A DNA stretch of 64,000 bases from Octopus sinensis (GCF_006345805.1 NC_043014.1:36022001-36086000), one strand, 5' to 3'; positions 24,691 through 37,464 are shown, numbered from the stretch's first letter. Made by a program: numbers and translations. Notes: generated by a model not told the origin, from the sequence alone.

Positions 24691-25322
24691 CTATACACAT
24701 GTACAATATCTTCAAATAGTATATTAGTGGAAAATCAGTCAAATGTCACCCATTCTTCACTAATTTACGACCATAGGGCAACTTCAATTCAACAACACAA
24801 ACTAAGAAATTACTTTGTCAACTTTATTGTTGTTTACAGTGATTAGTTGTTTCTCATCCATGGTAGCTATTTTCAGTAAGGTAAGCGAGTTATTCACAAG
24901 TTGCATTTCTGGGGCTGCCTGACAGGTGACGGTCGTTTAGAAAAAGCGTGGGCTAAAACTACGTGTCTTCACTAGTCAGTTAAGGTGAGACAGTGTCATG
25001 TGACAACTTGCTGGGGCTGCCTGCTGGAGCCTATGCGACAGGTATTTAAAGGGAAAAATTTGACAAGAGAGTAAGTCACTGGCTGACACTCGCTGACAAT
25101 ACATCGAAGAGGCCAGGGAACAGAAGAAAGAAGACATGCACCCAACACCAGAGCTGAAGACACCTCCAAAAGGGGGGGGGGGGCGCCACATCAAAACGGT
25201 AGAGGAGTAGGGGCCGAAACCGGATGTGGTTCCTCCTGATGATGTCTTGAGCTAACTGGATCCTATAAAGGAGCTGTTGTGGTAGCAGACCACGAAACAC
25301 AGTTGTAATTCCTTGGCTACAG

Positions 25323-25697
25323 ATCTTTTATCTTTTGCTTGTTTCTTCAGAGTGCAGCCATGCTGAGGCAGTACCTTGAAGAAATCTCAGTACTTATTTC
25401 TTTTTCTTAAAGCCCGGTACTTATTCTACTGGTCTCACTTGCCAAACCCCTAAACCACAGGAAAGTAAACACACCAACAACAGTTGTCAAGCAATGGTAG
25501 AGGGACAAACAGACACACATGCAGACATATATTTACATATACATTGAACTTCTTTCAGTGTCCCTCTACCAAACCCACTCACAAGCCTTTGGTTGGCCTG
25601 AAGCTATACCTCAAGACATTTGCCCCAGGTGCAACACAGTGAGACTGAACCTAGAAGCATAAGGTTGAGAAGCAAACTTCTTACCACACAGCCACAT
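25323..25697 (-). mobile_element. SINE family A, diverged
   Basis: Both halves are recognisable. Confidence 0.75.
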
Positions 25698-26619
25698 CTA
25701 AAGTTTTGATGACACATATTGATTTAACTCTCCATGGTGTTACTTGTGCTATACATAAAGATATAAAGAAAACTATTTAAGTACCTACAATTGTCAGGTT
25801 TCTGAACTTTAAACAGTGAGTCATGTAGCTCTATAATGCTGATAATGAAAATTTGGTCAATAACTTATGCAGGCTTCAGGTAACTGATAATGGACAGTGA
25901 TTCCAATAGAATCTCCAAACTAGAAACAAATGTCACTAATGCGATGAAATAAACCCATCAATTAAAGTTAACTTAGTGCTAGATGGTGCAGCAAGCAAGC
26001 ATTATTTTAAAATGTCTATTTCATTATTAGGTAATGTCAATAGATATTTCCTAGACCTTCAGGTAGGTCTTACCACGTTGAAGGGTAAGAGACAGATAAA
26101 ACCTTAACAATAATAAATCAAAACGTCAGCAGCAGGGCATGCATTTAGTTATCAGCAGGACCTAACAGATCAGATTCCTGGCTTTGAACTAGCAGGATGT
26201 TATGCAGAGGATCTTGAATACAAGACAATGATTGAGACCATAATATTTCTAGTTAGATGGAAACTGCAGGACCACATGGAGCAGTACCCTGTGACTCTTA
26301 TAGTATGTGCAACCCAAAACCCCATATGGAGTGACCTATGGGACAACCTAGATAAGATACATGATGAAATTAATGCCTCAGAAGACACCAAAGTGAAACC
26401 AATGCTTGAACTAGAAATGACCAAATGACCAATAAAGGAAATATCAAGCATGCATCAGTCTCTGAATTGGAAATCAAGCAAGGCTTTGATGACAATAAAA
26501 TTTTTCAGACTGGTTTGTCTCATACTTTTATGCAGCAACCAAAAGACATGGTGGGGTGGGGTGTAAAATTGAACCTAGGGCATTATTGGTGATTAATAAT
26601 GCTCCACACCACTACAAGT

Positions 26620-26930
26620 ATTGTGACATCTTTCAGAACTACATTTCTGTCAAAGCAACTTATCTACTATGATACACTGACCTCTCTACATTCCATCTTC
26701 CAAAATTCACTTGACTGTGATGAAATATACTCTTCTGTTCTGACCTCATCTACAGAATTTATAATTTTTCTGTCCAAATGATTTTGAGGACTGGAAAAAA
26801 TGATAATCAGATGGGGCAATGTCTGGCAAATATGGTGGGTGGGGCATTGTTTCCCATTCAAACTGCTCCAACCTTTGGAATGTCTGATTTACTGTATGTG
26901 GCCGAGCATTATCCTGATGGAAGAATACCT
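26620..26930 (-). mobile_element. mariner transposase C-terminal relic
   Basis: FHQDNARPHT...WETMPHPPYLPDIAPSDYHFF, then a frameshift to QNHLDRKIINSVDEV (YSPDLAP motif). Confidence 0.85.
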
Positions 26931-26949
26931 CTTGTCTTATTTACATTTG

Positions 26950-27720
26950 ACGGATATTTGTCCACATTTTGTTTGTTGTTAACACAAAGCTTCGGCTGAT
27001 ATACTCTCCAGCCTTCATCAGGTGTCTTGGGGAAATTTCGAACCTGGGTTCTCATTCCTAAGGTATTTTTCGATATTATTATTATTATTATATTATTATT
27101 ATTATTCAGGTCACTGCCTTGAATCAAACTCAGAATCTTGGGGTTAGTAGCCTGCACTCTTAACCACTAAGCCATATGCCCACGGGAAATTATGGAGTGA
27201 ATTTTAGGGCTTATAAATCTAATATTTTCCTATCCTTTCTTAATACCAGTTCTCATATGTTATTAATATTAGCACTCGGTCTGCTTAGGAGGTTGTTGTG
27301 TCTAGCATATGTGCTGCTTCTTTTAGTTTTTGTATTTTCTAGTGGTGCTCTCCATCTATTATTTTAACTTCATCCCACAGGGGGAGGTGGTCTCCATTTA
27401 TCCATACATGATCAGCTATACCCGATTTATCAATATCTCCTCATGTCACAGCTTTGCGATGTTCCTCTCTCTTTATTTTGAGAGGACGGCATGTTTCACC
27501 TTTGTATAACCTACCACAGTTGCATGGGATGGAGTACATGCAGTTTTTGGTCATATTCTCTTGTATTGGTGGTTTTACTCGAAGGAGATATTTGCAAAGT
27601 GTTGTATTACTACTCTTGAATACTGTCCTGATGTCATATCGGCTGCACATCTCTTGTATATTTTTAGAGAGGCCTTTCACATAGGGTAGACTGAAGACAG
27701 TTTATTGGTTCCATTGCATT
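26950..27720 (-). mobile_element. Penelope-like element 3' part (GIY-YIG endonuclease plus pLTR)
   Basis: LPYVKGLSKNI...MYSIPCNCGRLYKGETCRPLKIKREEHRKAV is a GIY-YIG-like signature; a hammerhead-like motif lies downstream. Confidence 0.8.
26981..27026 (-). ncRNA. degenerate minimal type I hammerhead ribozyme
   Basis: gacac-CTGATGA-a-GGCTG(gagagtatat)CAGCC-GAAgcttt-gtgtt: stems I and II pair, but the stem III/cleavage site has two substitutions relative to GAAACGTT. Confidence 0.55.
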
Positions 27721-28060
27721 GTTGCCTTTATTGAACTCCTAAAGCAAAATATGCCGAATATTTTGAAGAAATAACTTAAAATCGAACTGCACTCTTCAAA
27801 ACTTGCACTAAGAATAAGGGTAAGGTAAAATTACTACCTGCTTTTACAGCAAGTTGATGCAGGTAGTTTATTCCGTCCCCCTCTGACTTTTAGTTCATGC
27901 ATTTGAAAAAACAGCATTACTTATGGGATGACCCAATATATAGTTCATAAATGAGAATCAAATATTCTCCCTATAAATTTCACTTAGTAGTGCCCAAGGT
28001 TTAAACTTGAGTAGGTAGAGGAATAAATGAAAGGATAAGCAAGTTAGGCAGGTTGATATG

Positions 28061-28544
28061 CAAAGTATATTGAATACATGAAATACAAAAAATGTATATG
28101 TTTACATACAAAAAGGCCCGGCTTACACAGAATGGAAATGATATCAAGAATTAAAAGGGTTGAAGAAAGATATTACAAATTCTACAGCTGTTTCTGGGGG
28201 CTCAGTAGTCAAAAAAATGTTTGTAAATTGATTCCATCATTGATGAAATGAGCCTCTGTCTTCAGAGAGGAGATCTTGATAGATTCCATCTTTGAACTTC
28301 ATTCTGTCAACACCGCAAATCTAAGATCTTTTCCTTGAAGACAGAGGCTCATCTCATCTGACGATGAAATTGATTTACAAGCTTCATCTGGAACAACCGG
28401 GCCCCCAGAAACAGCTATTGGACTTTATAATATTTTTCCTCAACACCTTTAATTCTTGGTATCATTTGTATTCTATGTAAGTTGGTTGTTTTTGTATATA
28501 AACATATACATTTTTTTTATATTTCATGAATTTAATATACTTTG
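28061..28544. repeat. ~480-bp imperfect foldback (MITE-like)
   Basis: Arms of about 210 bp are reverse complements, e.g. caaagtatattgaatacatgaaat vs atttcatgaatttaatatactttg and gagcctctgtcttca vs tgaagacagaggctc. Confidence 0.85.
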
Positions 28545-28606
28545 TGTATAAAGCTGCCTAACTTGCTTATCCTTACATTTACTTATATATATACACACAT
28601 ACATAC

Positions 28607-28920
28607 ATACACAAGGGGGTTCTCAAAAGAAAACAGAATTTTGCAAATATTGTTTTATTCAGTAACATGTTTACGCTTTTATCGCTTTCAAAGAATTCTC
28701 CATTTGAAGCAATGTATTGGTCCAGACACATTTTCCACTGTTCAAAGCAGTCCTGGAACTCTTGCAAAGTGATGCTTTTTAACATCTCCATTTTTTTTTT
28801 TATCTCTTCCACATCTACAAATACCATAACACCAAATTTCGTCACCAGTGATGATCTTTGGAAAAGGGTCTGGATCAACTTCCAGCTGTTCTTTCGGTTC
28901 ACAACACACATTCAGTCATG
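28607..28920 (-). mobile_element. mariner 3' fragment
   Basis: EMLKSITLQEFQDCFEQWKMCLDQYIASNGEFFE, with a TIR-like end at about 28610. Confidence 0.8.
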
Positions 28921-28965
28921 ACTCCTTTTGATGTGGGTCACATTAATTTAAAGATTGTATATAAA

Positions 28966-29765
28966 CAGGGCTTGGACAAAATAATAGAAACACCTAACAT
29001 CATAGCATCATAATTTTGAAATATCTATAAAACTGTCAAAAGCTTGTTCATTTTTATATTTTTTTGATTTATAATTAGTACTGCTTAATATGGTTTGCTA
29101 AAATTGCTGTTTCTTTTCAGATATCATCAAAAAAATGTAATTAAAATTCATTAAAATGACAGATCTATCAAACTTACACTGAGGTCAAACTGTTGGTGCT
29201 CATATGGCAGGTGCAAGCACAATGAAAACAGCCAAAATGTTTGGTGTATCAAGAAGTATTGTCTCGAAAGTAATGACCGCCTTTGAGAATGAGAGAAAAA
29301 CCTCCTCGTAGAAACAAATATTGCAAAGCATTTAGAGTGGAGTAAAAACCTACAGAATTGGTCCCTAGAGCAGTGGAAGAGTGTTCTTTTCTTGGACGAG
29401 TCATCCTTTACCTTATTTCCAACCACTGGCTGAGTATATGTGCGGAGAAAGCCAAAAGAAGCATTTGTCCCAGACTGCCTTCTTCCAACTGTTAAACATG
29501 GAAGAGGATCTGTGATGATCTGGGGGACTATATCTTGGAAAACCTGCCAGCCCAATGGTTTCCCTGCATGACAGAATTAATAGTCAAGACTATTTAAGCA
29601 TTTTATCTGATCAAATTCATCTTATGGATACGGGATTGTTCCCAGAAGGAAACACAATCTCTCAGGATGATAATGCACCAATTCACACAGCTAAAGTTGT
29701 TACTGAAAGGCACAAGGAACATTCTAGTGAAGCTGAACATCTTATCTAGCCACCACAGTCCCCAG
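28966..29765 (+). mobile_element. Tc1-like transposon relic
   Basis: TIR cagggcttggacaaaataatagaaacac; KMFGVSRSIVSKV (HTH), LFLDESSF, KHGRGSVMIWG, QDDNAPIH and PPQSP, with stops and a deletion. Confidence 0.85.
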
Positions 29766-29934
29766 AGAGCTGTTGCAAAATGTTTGCCTCCTTGGCATAG
29801 TCAGAATTATCAAGCAAGTACTAGATTATGGAAAAGAACAAATAGAGAACTGTATGTTATAGGTAGCAAGCCTACTACTCTTGCAAGATTCCAGGAGTTA
29901 CAACAAAACCCAAGTTAAAAAATTAGTAATATTA

Positions 29935-30150
29935 ATAATTCTTTCTACTATAAGCACAAGACTTGAAATTTTTAAGTGAAGGGGCCAGCTCATAACAGCA
30001 ACTCCAGTGTGAAACTGGTTCTTATTTTATCGACCTCAAAAGGATGGAAAGCAAAGATGACCCCAGTGGAACTTGAGCTTAGCATGTAAAAAGCCAGAAG
30101 AAATATTAAGCACTTTGTCCGGTACGGTAACAATTCTGTCAGCTCACTGC
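29935..30150 (-). mobile_element. old family B-like SINE
   Basis: Diverged core aaaggatggaaagcaaagatgacc. Confidence 0.65.
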
Positions 30151-30151
30151 C

Positions 30152-30380
30152 TTAACCCTTTTGTTACCAACCCGGCTGAAACCAGCTCTGGCCCTGTAGT
30201 ACAAATGTCTTGTTTTCAAAAGTTCTGAATTAAAATCTTCCACCAAACCTTAGTCACAGTTTATGTTCTTAACACTAACTTAATGATAACTAAGTTATTT
30301 TACTAAATTATTTGTTATATTTAAAATAATTGAAAGAAACACAAAGCATCTCAAAATAAATACAGTAACAAAAGGATTAA
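30152..30380. mobile_element. piggyBac-type MITE, second family
   Basis: TTAA-cccttttgttac...gtaacaaaagga-TTAA. Confidence 0.85.
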
Positions 30381-30489
30381 TAATAATCCTTTCAAATTTT
30401 GGTACAAATCCAGCAATTTTGAGGAAAGGGGAAAAATCAATTGTATCAACTCCAGTGCTTGACTGGTATTTATTTTAATGAGAGGTAAT

Positions 30490-30740
30490 ATTTATTCCCA
30501 CTTAAATGTGAATGTTCTGTTAGAACAGACATTACTGTGGTAGATGCCATAAGAGAAACACTCATATAGGCTTTTGGGGCAAAATGCACGCTGTTTACAA
30601 TGCTTGCGAGGAGATAAATCTCTACCAACACCAGCACCGAGACAACCAGATCATATGATTTCAACGTTCTTTGGTCTCATCGGTTCATCAAAGATAGATG
30701 CTCGACCACTAGAGATAGCAGTGGCTCATTTCCCTGCAAG
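30490..30740 (-). mobile_element. degenerate mariner HTH-region fragment
   Basis: SGRASIFDEP..NVEII and VSYGIYHS..VLTEHSHL resemble mariner GRxSxxDExRSGRP and ISxGSVxxILxEHL. Confidence 0.45.
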
Positions 30741-30814
30741 TAACATATAGAAAATCATTACCTGAACAGTCAATGATATCACAATTAGCCAGTGAACATA
30801 TTAAAAAAATTTAT

Positions 30815-31215
30815 GTGATCGTTACCAGTGTCGCCTTACTGGCATTCGAACCCCGTGCTGGTAGGGTGTTAAGAGCACCATCCGAGCGTGATTGTTGCCA
30901 GAGCGGCTACCTGGCCTCCGTGCCGATGGCATGTAAGAGGCACCATTCGAGCGTGATCGTTACCAGTATCGCCTTACTGGCACCTGTGCCAGTGGCATGT
31001 GTAAAAGATTCGAGTGAGGTTGTTGCCAGCACTGCCTAACTGGCACGTAAAAGCACCCACTTCACTCTCGGAGTGGTTGTCATTAGGAAGGGCACCCAGC
31101 TGTAGAAACTCTGCCTGATCAAGATTGAAGCCTGGTGCGGCCATCTGGTTCGCCAGCTCTCAGTCAAATCGTCTAACCCATGCTAGCATGGAAAGCGGAC
31201 GATGATGATGATGAT
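30815..31215 (+). mobile_element. RTE 3' UTR copy (family C variant)
   Basis: Duplicated gtgatcgttaccagt..gccttactggca units and a (GAT)n tail. Confidence 0.85.
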
Positions 31216-31693
31216 ATATTAGCGACAGAAGTAGTATTGATACTGAGAGGTCTCGAAAAGACCAAAGTCAAAGTTAATCTTAATGAGATTTAGGTTTAAC
31301 ATATACAGAGTCAGAAGAAATGGTACTAAGCACTGTCAGACACACTAATGATTCTGCCAGCCTGCAACCTTAATAACAATAGTAATAATGATAATTCTTT
31401 TTTAATTTTGGCAAAGGCCGGCATATTGTGAGAGGACAAAAGCAAATTGATTATATACACCAAGTGCTTGAGTGATACTTTAAGTTAGTAACCCTGAAAG
31501 GAGGAAAAACAATGGTGACTGATTTCAGTAGGATTTGAGCATCGCAAAGAAGTGATGTTAAACAATATGCTTGGCATACTAATAATTTTTGCAGCTCACT
31601 GCCTTAAGTCAGAGGACATTCATTTTGCAAGAGATTAAACTATATAAACAACAGAAATAAATAGTGAAAATTGGAAAGAAAAGAGAATCTAAC

Positions 31694-32005
31694 CTTTTAG
31701 AGATTTTGAAGAAGATATGGCAGTGTTTGTTTCACATTTGTACCAAGCTACATCATTACAATTGAGGCCATTTTTCCAGCACTTAACCACATTATTGTCA
31801 CTTGGTAAATTACAGTCAAAACCCATCTCCTTTTTTATGATTACATAGCCTTGTGCCTTTTTTTGGTACTGTATCTCCACAACTATAGTGCTGTTTCGCA
31901 TGAGCATGAATGTAAGCAAATTATCAGTTGTTAAACTACATGTGATATTCATTCTACCTCCAATTTTAAAACCATCTTTGGGTTCCAGGCTTGTAATTTC
32001 AGCGG
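31694..32005 (-). CDS. Ig-superfamily receptor exon 2 (V/I-like Ig domain)
   Basis: Acceptor tttttctttcttatatatag|CC and donor AAAG|gttaga; 312 nt, phase 1-1, open. Encodes SAEITSLEPKDGFKIGGRMNITCSLTT...CWKNGLNCNDVAWYKCETNTAISSSKSLK, with a B-strand Cys and an F-strand D-x-A-x-Y-x-C motif. Confidence 0.88.
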
Positions 32006-32369
32006 CTATATATAAGAAAGAAAAAATAGATTATCAGACAAAAACATTATTTTTATGACAATAATAAGATAATTACAGTTACAAAACAATTATGACAAAG
32101 TTAAAACAGTAAGAAGAAAGGAAGAAATTAGAATCAACAACAGAGAAGATAAACTAAGAAGGCAATAGGAGAACGCAGACCCCCACCAAGCAACTCATTT
32201 TAAGATAGATACACGAGTAAAATTACTAATAGAGAAACGAAAATAAACTTTGGAAACAGCAATGAACGTGTTTTCAAGGGAGATAATCAAACACCGTAAC
32301 ATTGGAATACTTCATGTAAAGTAAATATAACAAATGAAAAATCCTTCAAGAATCAATAAAAATTCCAAG

Positions 32370-32525
32370 ATCACTACCAAAATTACATCATCTGTTCCTT
32401 GTGTTATTATCAACTTTCCCTGCAAGTTTCATCAACTACGGTTCACAACATTTTGAGTTATTTTGCACACAGACAGACAAACCAACGCTGATGAAAACAT
32501 AACCTCCTTCCTTGGCGGAGGTAAC
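32370..32525 (+). mobile_element. Helentron-associated (HINE-like) 3' fragment
   Basis: (CAGA)n followed by the hairpin cctccttccttggcggagg and then taac. Confidence 0.55.
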
Positions 32526-32557
32526 AAAAAAAAAAAAGAGATAAAAAGAAGAAAGAC

Positions 32558-32607
<50 letters not shown>

Positions 32608-32613
32608 TATACA

Positions 32614-34175
32614 CTAGCAGAAATAACCGTCATTGACTGGGTTCAGAAAGAGCCTTCAAAAATTATACCCTGATTTATGAAAGTTACTGCTTCGATATTG
32701 AATGTTTTGGAGTGGAATATCCGCAAGCTCTTATTGCCAGGCTTCGGCCCCAAAAGTTATAATATAGTCTAATGTACTATTGAACTCAATACTCATTTAT
32801 CCTTAAAAAAATATTCTTCCCAATCATGTAGATGATAAACTCTATGCATTCTTATAACTCAAAAGAAAGGAAAGCCAGTTTTTGTGTAAAAGAGGTTCTT
32901 ACATTAACGAGATATAATCATGGTTGCATACAAACTTCTTATTCTGTATCTTAATATTCTGATTTATAAATTGAAGCAACCATCACACAGACTGTGGTTT
33001 TTGCATATAGAATGGAAGTAAATAAAAGCTTGAGGAAAATTTTAAAGACATACATATTGCAATGTTTACTCAAGAATCACAACAAACACTAACAATTAAA
33101 TATATATTATCAGAGTAACGTAACATCTTCATTATAACTATTTATGCTGCTTAACAAATCAAGTATGATTTATACTTTATACCAAGGACATGGCTGCATA
33201 AAGATATAAATAGGTTTTTAAAATAAAGAAAGTAAAGCAATTGGAAATGAAAAATGATAAATAATTAAAATCTGAAACATGATGATATATGAAGAATTTC
33301 AAGAAAAAAAAATTATATAGGTTATAATAGATCTCCAATATGATAATGGAATGATTTACTAATGGGTAATTAGTTACAAAACAATTACTCATAACCTTAA
33401 AGATTATGCAAAACAATTCTATTACATGTTAAAAAAAAAAAAAGGCATAGAAGTGGCTTTTCATATTTTCAGGGTTTGATGTTAAGAATCTCATTATAAA
33501 TATATTGAACAATGTACAATTATTAGTTTGTTAATCACTCAGAAAAAACTTCCTTCTAAACAATATTTTGAGTTTTACCATTAGGGGCAAATGTGAAAAG
33601 GGTTTTCTTACTCCCTACTCTAGAAGCACCGACATAACTGTCCAGGTGAAAAACAATCCTCTTCTAAATGCAAACCAGCAACTTGTAGTGTCTGACCTTG
33701 TGACTTATTGATAGACATTGCAAAAGGCAAACGTATGGGAAACTGAAGTCGTTTGAACTCAAAGGGCATGTTGGAAGGTATTGAAGAAATTCAAGAGATA
33801 AAAACATCTTCGCTTTTTCCACAGCCAGAAATTATTGTGGCCTCTATAACATTGCTCATTAATATCTTGACAATGAGTCTTGTGCCATTGCATAACTTTG
33901 GTTGTGAGAGGTGGCGCAGAAGCATGACTAGAGCACCTGCTTTCAATCGAAGACAATGAGGAGGAGCACCTGTTGGCTTGAGGGAATTCAAAAATCCTAC
34001 TGGATAACTGACTAATTTTGATTCATCTATGACAGAGTCTATGCATTTATAATTATGCTCAATTCTTGTGAAGATGACTAATAGAATTATCTCTGATCAT
34101 AAAATGGTATATATAAAAATCCATACATGAATCTCACTTTCTGTTATTATTTCCAAACTGTGGAATACCTAATTG
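32614..34175 (-). mobile_element. decayed Helitron, minus strand (helicase C-terminus and 3' end)
   Basis: 3' hairpin aacccagtcaatgacggtt then atttctgCTAG|t at 32617-32614. Helicase relic [44 protein letters not shown] at about 33600-34070. Confidence 0.85.
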
Positions 34176-34192
34176 GTATCAATCTTCTCCAT

Positions 34193-34423
34193 GGCGGCGA
34201 GCTGGCAGAAACGTTAGCACACCGGGCGAAATGCTTAGCGGTATTTCGTCTGCATTACGTCGTGAGTTCAAATTCTGCCAAGGTCGACTTTGCCTTTCAT
34301 CCTTTCGGGGGTCGATAAATTAAGTACCAGTTACGCACTGGGATCGATGTAATAGACATAATACCTATGTCTGTCCTTGTTTGTCCCCTCTGTATTTAGC
34401 CCCTTGTGGGTAATAAAGAAATA
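34193..34423 (+). mobile_element. SINE family B with 18-bp TSD
   Basis: TSD ggtatcaatcttctccat at 34175-34192 and 34424-34441. Confidence 0.92.
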
Positions 34424-34804
34424 GGTATCAATCTTCTCCATATACAAATAGTAGGAGACATTGAAGGCTATCATAAGATCTGTGAGTTTCATATACACAT
34501 TTCAGTGCATTATCTCTTGAATGAAGAATTATGTCTCTATTGCTAAAACTTTCATCAGCCATAAGTGTAACTTCATTACCTGTTGGTAAATTGAATCACC
34601 TAACATGCTCATTGAATGGTCTTTTATCTGCATTAATAACGTGAAGTAAAATCATGTAGCAACACCAAATGGCGGTGCCCCAGCATGGCCACAGCTCGTG
34701 AGCTGAAACTAGATAAAATACAAATATGTGTACATATATATATACAAATATGTGTACATATATATATATGTACATGTGTATATATACATATATATATATA
34801 TGTA

Positions 34805-35110
34805 CATCATCATCATCGTTTAGCGTCTGCTTTTCATGCTAGCATGGGTTGGACGGTTCAACTGGGGTCTGGGAAGCCAGAAGGCTGCACCAGGCCCAGT
34901 CTGATCTGTGTTTCTACGGCTGGATGCCCTTCCTAACGCCAACCACTCCATGAGTGTAGTGGGTGCTTTTTACGTGCCACCAGCACAGGTTCCAGACGAG
35001 TCTGGCAAACGGCCACGATCGGATAGTGCTTTTTTTGTGCCACCGGCACGAGGCCAGTCGGGGCGGCGCTGGCAACGGCCACGTTCGGATGGTTCTCTTA
35101 CGTGCCACCG
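34805..35110 (-). mobile_element. RTE 3' UTR copy (family C)
   Basis: (CAT)n tail and conserved core. Confidence 0.88.
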
Positions 35111-35125
35111 GATATATATATGCAC

Positions 35126-35159
<34 letters not shown>

Positions 35160-35163
<4 letters not shown>

Positions 35164-37464
35164 TCAATACTTATTTACTTATTTACTGTGGTTAACCCCG
35201 AATCAACCCGGGACCTACATATATATATATATATATATGTGTGTGTGTACATATGTGTATATATATATCTATATATATAAAACTGAGAATGTGTCTGTCT
35301 GTCTGTTTCCCTAAAACGTGAGAACTTCACAACCAATTTCATTCAAATTGTACACATGCCTTACTCAGGGTCCGTGTAGTGTCATGGGCAAAAAACATTT
35401 TTAACTTTTTGCTTAAGGCGAGCCCACAGCAATATCATATCTTCTGCACTATTTCAGTATTACATGTTAAAAGTGAAACAAAAACATCCCTCTATTGTAT
35501 TGTCAGATACTTTCACTTTAATACTGAAACTATTAAAGTCAAACTATTATATAAGAAGGATGAACCATTAACAGTGGACATCTATTTTGCTTGAAGATGA
35601 TCCACTATGGTCTTATATGCTACACCACTGTTATGTGATACTTTCCGCGAAGACTGTTTTTGGCGTCAACTTTTGGAGGATGATTCACAATGGGGCGCCA
35701 CTATGGCGAAGGGTGTTTCATTAAAATTTCCTAAAAAAATCAGATCGCTTTTCACTATTCTATTACTATGGTGTGACTTGGCTAATCCCGCCTCTGTATG
35801 GCTTACCTACAAAGATTATATGTCTGAAGATTTCCTGCGTCACGCTCAATCGCTACATCCATCAATGGAGGTCGGGTACACTGACCTCATTTACAACAGG
35901 GCGCTGCTTGAAATCGAAGATACTGTACCTGATATGGGCGGTAGTGCCTTGCCGGTCTATGGCCTAACTTCAACAAACCGGGAAGGCACAAACACTCTGT
36001 CTTCACATTTGCTGCGTGAGACATGTTTTAATGTTGACGAGCTTGCCGAGTACATAGCCTTTACGGAAGCATTTTTGTTAAAATGCCTTCGATAGAAGAA
36101 AGTCCAAAAATGAATTTCGCTGCAGCCGTACACTTCTATACAAGATCCAATCGATCGAAATTGCAAGAGATGGGCCTACAATTCCAGTCTGTTATATATT
36201 TTGAGTATTGTTATCACTAGCGATATCAAGATATAACTTTCTATTTTGTATTTTATGTGTAGATGTATATATATATATAGATGTACATGTAATATGTACA
36301 CACATATATATATATATATATATACTCAATACTTATTTACTTATTTACTGTGGTTAACCCCGAATCAACCCGGGACCTACATATATATATATAATATATG
36401 TGTGTGTGTACATATGTGTATATATATATCTATATATATAAAACTGAGAATGTGTCTGTCTGTCTGTTTCCCTAAAACGTGAGAACTTCACAACCAATTT
36501 CATTCAAATTGTACACATGCCTTACTCAGGGTCCGTGTAGTGTCATGGGCAAAAAACATTTTAAACTTTTTGCTTAAGGCGAGCCCACAGCAATATCATA
36601 TCTTCTGCACTATTTCAGTATTACATGTTAAAAGTGAAACAAAAACATCCCTCTATTGTATTGTCAGATACTTTCACTTTAATACTGAAACTATTAAAGT
36701 CAAACTATTATATAAGAAGGATGAACCATTAACAGTGGACATCTATTTTGCTTGAAGATGATCCACTATGGTCTTATATGCTACACCACTGTTATGTGAT
36801 ACTTTCCGCGAAGACTGTTTTTGGCGTCAACTTTTGGAGGATGATTCACAATGGGGCGCCACTATGGCGAAGGGTGTTTCATTAAAATTTCCTAAAAAAA
36901 TCAGATCGCTTTTCACTATTCTATTACTATGGTGTGACTTGGCTAATCCCGCCTCTGTATGCTTACCTACAAAGATATATGTCTGAAGATTTCCTGCGTC
37001 ACGCTCAATCGCTACATCCATCAATGGAGGTCGGGTACACTGACCTCATTTACAACAGGGCGCTGCTTGAAATCGAAGATACTGTACCTGATATGGGCGG
37101 TAGTGCCTTGCCGGTCTATGGCCTAACTTCAACAAACCGGGAAGGCACAAACACTCTGTCTTCACATTTGCTGCGTGAGACATGTTTTAATGTTGACGAG
37201 CTTGCCGAGTACATAGCCTTTACGGAAGCATTTTTGTTAAAATGCCTTCGATAGAAGAAAGTCCAAAAATGAATTTCGCTGCAGCCGTACACTTCTATAC
37301 AAGATCCAATCGATCGAAATTGCAAGAGATGGGCCTACAATTCCAGTCTGTTATATATTTTGAGTATTGTTATCACTAGCGATATCAAGATATAACTTTC
37401 TATTTTGTATTTTATGTGTAGATGTATATATATATATAGATGTACATGTAATATGTACACACAT

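Noticed and set aside
26228-26428. 66-aa plus ORF, possibly a retroelement gag relic
   Set aside because: No recognisable motif; cannot be supported without a search.
30490-30740. Extra Ig exon after a good acceptor (ttacttgcag)
   Set aside because: Stops in all frames; better explained as a mariner relic.
35188-35218. Hairpin cccgaatcaacccggg as a further Helitron 3' end
   Set aside because: Followed by CTAC rather than CTRR, with no associated body.
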